DNA from: Chrysemys picta bellii
Lineage: Eukaryota
Direction: 5' to 3'
NCBI RefSeq assembly: GCF_011386835.1
Contig: NC_088791.1
Location: forward strand, 182,094,001-182,158,000
Length of the DNA stretch: 64,000 nucleotides
Part shown: positions 62,609 through 64,000 of the stretch, in pieces
Layout of the letters: each line of letters starts with the position of its first letter
Position numbering within the stretch: position 1 is the stretch's first letter
Notes under the pieces: model-generated
The model's database searches: none
What the model was told of the DNA's origin: nothing
What the model saw: the letters and a program-made list of their open reading frames with translations, nothing else
Program-made: the position numbers and the translations under genes

Positions 62609-63477
62609 CAGTAACTCCCTGCTTAATGTTGTAGTTATGATCTTGAAAAATGTGACTTTAAGTGAAATGATGTTAAGCAAATCCAATTTCCCCATAAGAA
62701 TTAATGTAAATAGGGGGGGTTAGGTTCCAGGGAATTTTTTTTCACCAGACAAAGACATTATATACATATACAGTATTAAACAATTTTAAACCAACATTTT
62801 AATACTGTACTTAGCAATGATGATTGTGAAGCTTGGTTGCGGTGGTGGAATCAGAGAGAGAAAGAGAGTGGATCATCTGACTGCTTCTCTTGCTGTTCTT
62901 TCCAAAGTGCCGGGGGGTGCTCAACCCCCGACTTTGCCTCAGGCACACCACTGCTCCACCCCTTCCCCTGAGGCCCCACCCCCATCCTGCCTCTTCCAGC
63001 TACCACTCCATCCGCCCCACCTCTTCCCAGATCTGCTCTACCCTTTCCCCCCAAGCATGCCGCATCCTCGCTCCTCTCCCCTCCCACCCAGCCTCCTGAA
63101 CATCACGAAACAGCTGATTGCTATGGGCAGGAGGCGCGGGGAAGGAGTGGGGAGGTTGCGCACCGCATATTCGCTCCTCCCCACTTCCCCCCAGAGCCTA
63201 CTGAACACCGCGAAACAGCTGATTGCTGCGGGTGGGAGGCATGGGTAGGGAGGAGGGAGTTGCTGATGTGTGGGTCCGCCGGCGGGTGGGAGGTGCTGGG
63301 AGGGGGTGGAAGGGAGCTGATAGGGGAGCTGCTGGCCCACCCTGGTTCCAAGCCCCCATGTCCAAACAACATTATAAGCAAACATTGTACAATTTTAAAT
63401 GAGTATGTTCCCTAATAGATCAGCGATATAACAACTAAAGAACGTTAACTGGGATGACGGTAAGTGAGGGGTTACTG
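62609..63477. mobile_element. Tc1/mariner Tigger-like non-autonomous element
   Basis: TIRs cagtaactccctgcttaa / taagtgaggggttactg, preceded by TA. GC-rich interior with repeated gaaacagctgattg. Confidence 0.78.
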
Positions 63478-63947
63478 TCATTTTTTTTTTAAGTTTTCAA
63501 TAATCAGTGTTTGCTCAGAATTACAGTGGTACTAGATAATTTCAATCATAATAAGCTGTTATGATCTAGCTTCACATTTGCAATGTGGACTTTGCTAATG
63601 AGATCTACAACAGTGCTTAATTTGTAATGAAAGAGATCCTGGAGTTCAAGATGGACAGCAGGAGAGCGGTGGCTGCTGGCTGGGCACCCAGCTTGGAAGG
63701 CAGCACCACCGCCAGCAGCAGCACAGAAGTAAGGGTGGCATGGTATGGTATATTATGACCCTTACTTCTGTGTTGCTGCTAGTGGTTGTGTTGCCTTCAG
63801 AACTGGGAGGCCAGAGAATGGTGGCTGCTGGCCAGGAGTCCAGAGGTGCCAGGGCTATGAACTGCCAAGCCTAGAGTTGTTGGCCGGCAAGTACCAGCAC
63901 AAATTAAGCACTGATGATAGAGAATTATGGTAACAGTGCAACTACAT

Positions 63948-64000
63948 GTGCTAGACGCTGTATACACACATAACAAAAGATGGCCCTTGCCCCAAAGAAC
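63948..64000 (+). mobile_element. L2-like 3' end relic (runs off the window)
   Basis: gtgctagacgctgtatacacacataacaaaagatggcccttgccccaaagaac. Confidence 0.5.

Noticed and set aside
1-64000. CRISPR array, rRNA or intact tRNA genes
   Set aside because: There is no repeat-spacer periodicity and no rRNA-like sequence. The tRNA-like segments are degenerate and embedded in repeats.

Overview
AT-rich vertebrate DNA dominated by repeats; the repeat repertoire (Penelope/Neptune pLTRs, CR1, L2/MIR relics, palindromic hAT and Harbinger-like MITEs) points to a turtle genome (inference from remembered repeat families, no database search). No host protein-coding gene can be identified with confidence, although several well-formed splice sites suggest an unannotated spliced transcript, possibly on the minus strand. 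The main structure is a very young, 1.68-kb head-to-head Penelope-like (Neptune) retroelement (35486-37165) with a 12-bp target-site duplication, a GIY-YIG endonuclease region present twice and two antiparallel minimal hammerhead ribozyme motifs. Two miniature insertions of the same design (137 bp at 3554 and 222 bp at 48439) also have TSDs. Also present: a fold-back element enclosing a tRNA-like Pol III cassette (1692-1983), a three-level nested insertion stack (17-19.5 kb), a modular hAT MITE family, a young 5'-truncated CR1, a probable solo LTR and a Tigger-like MITE. There are no CRISPR arrays or prokaryotic systems.
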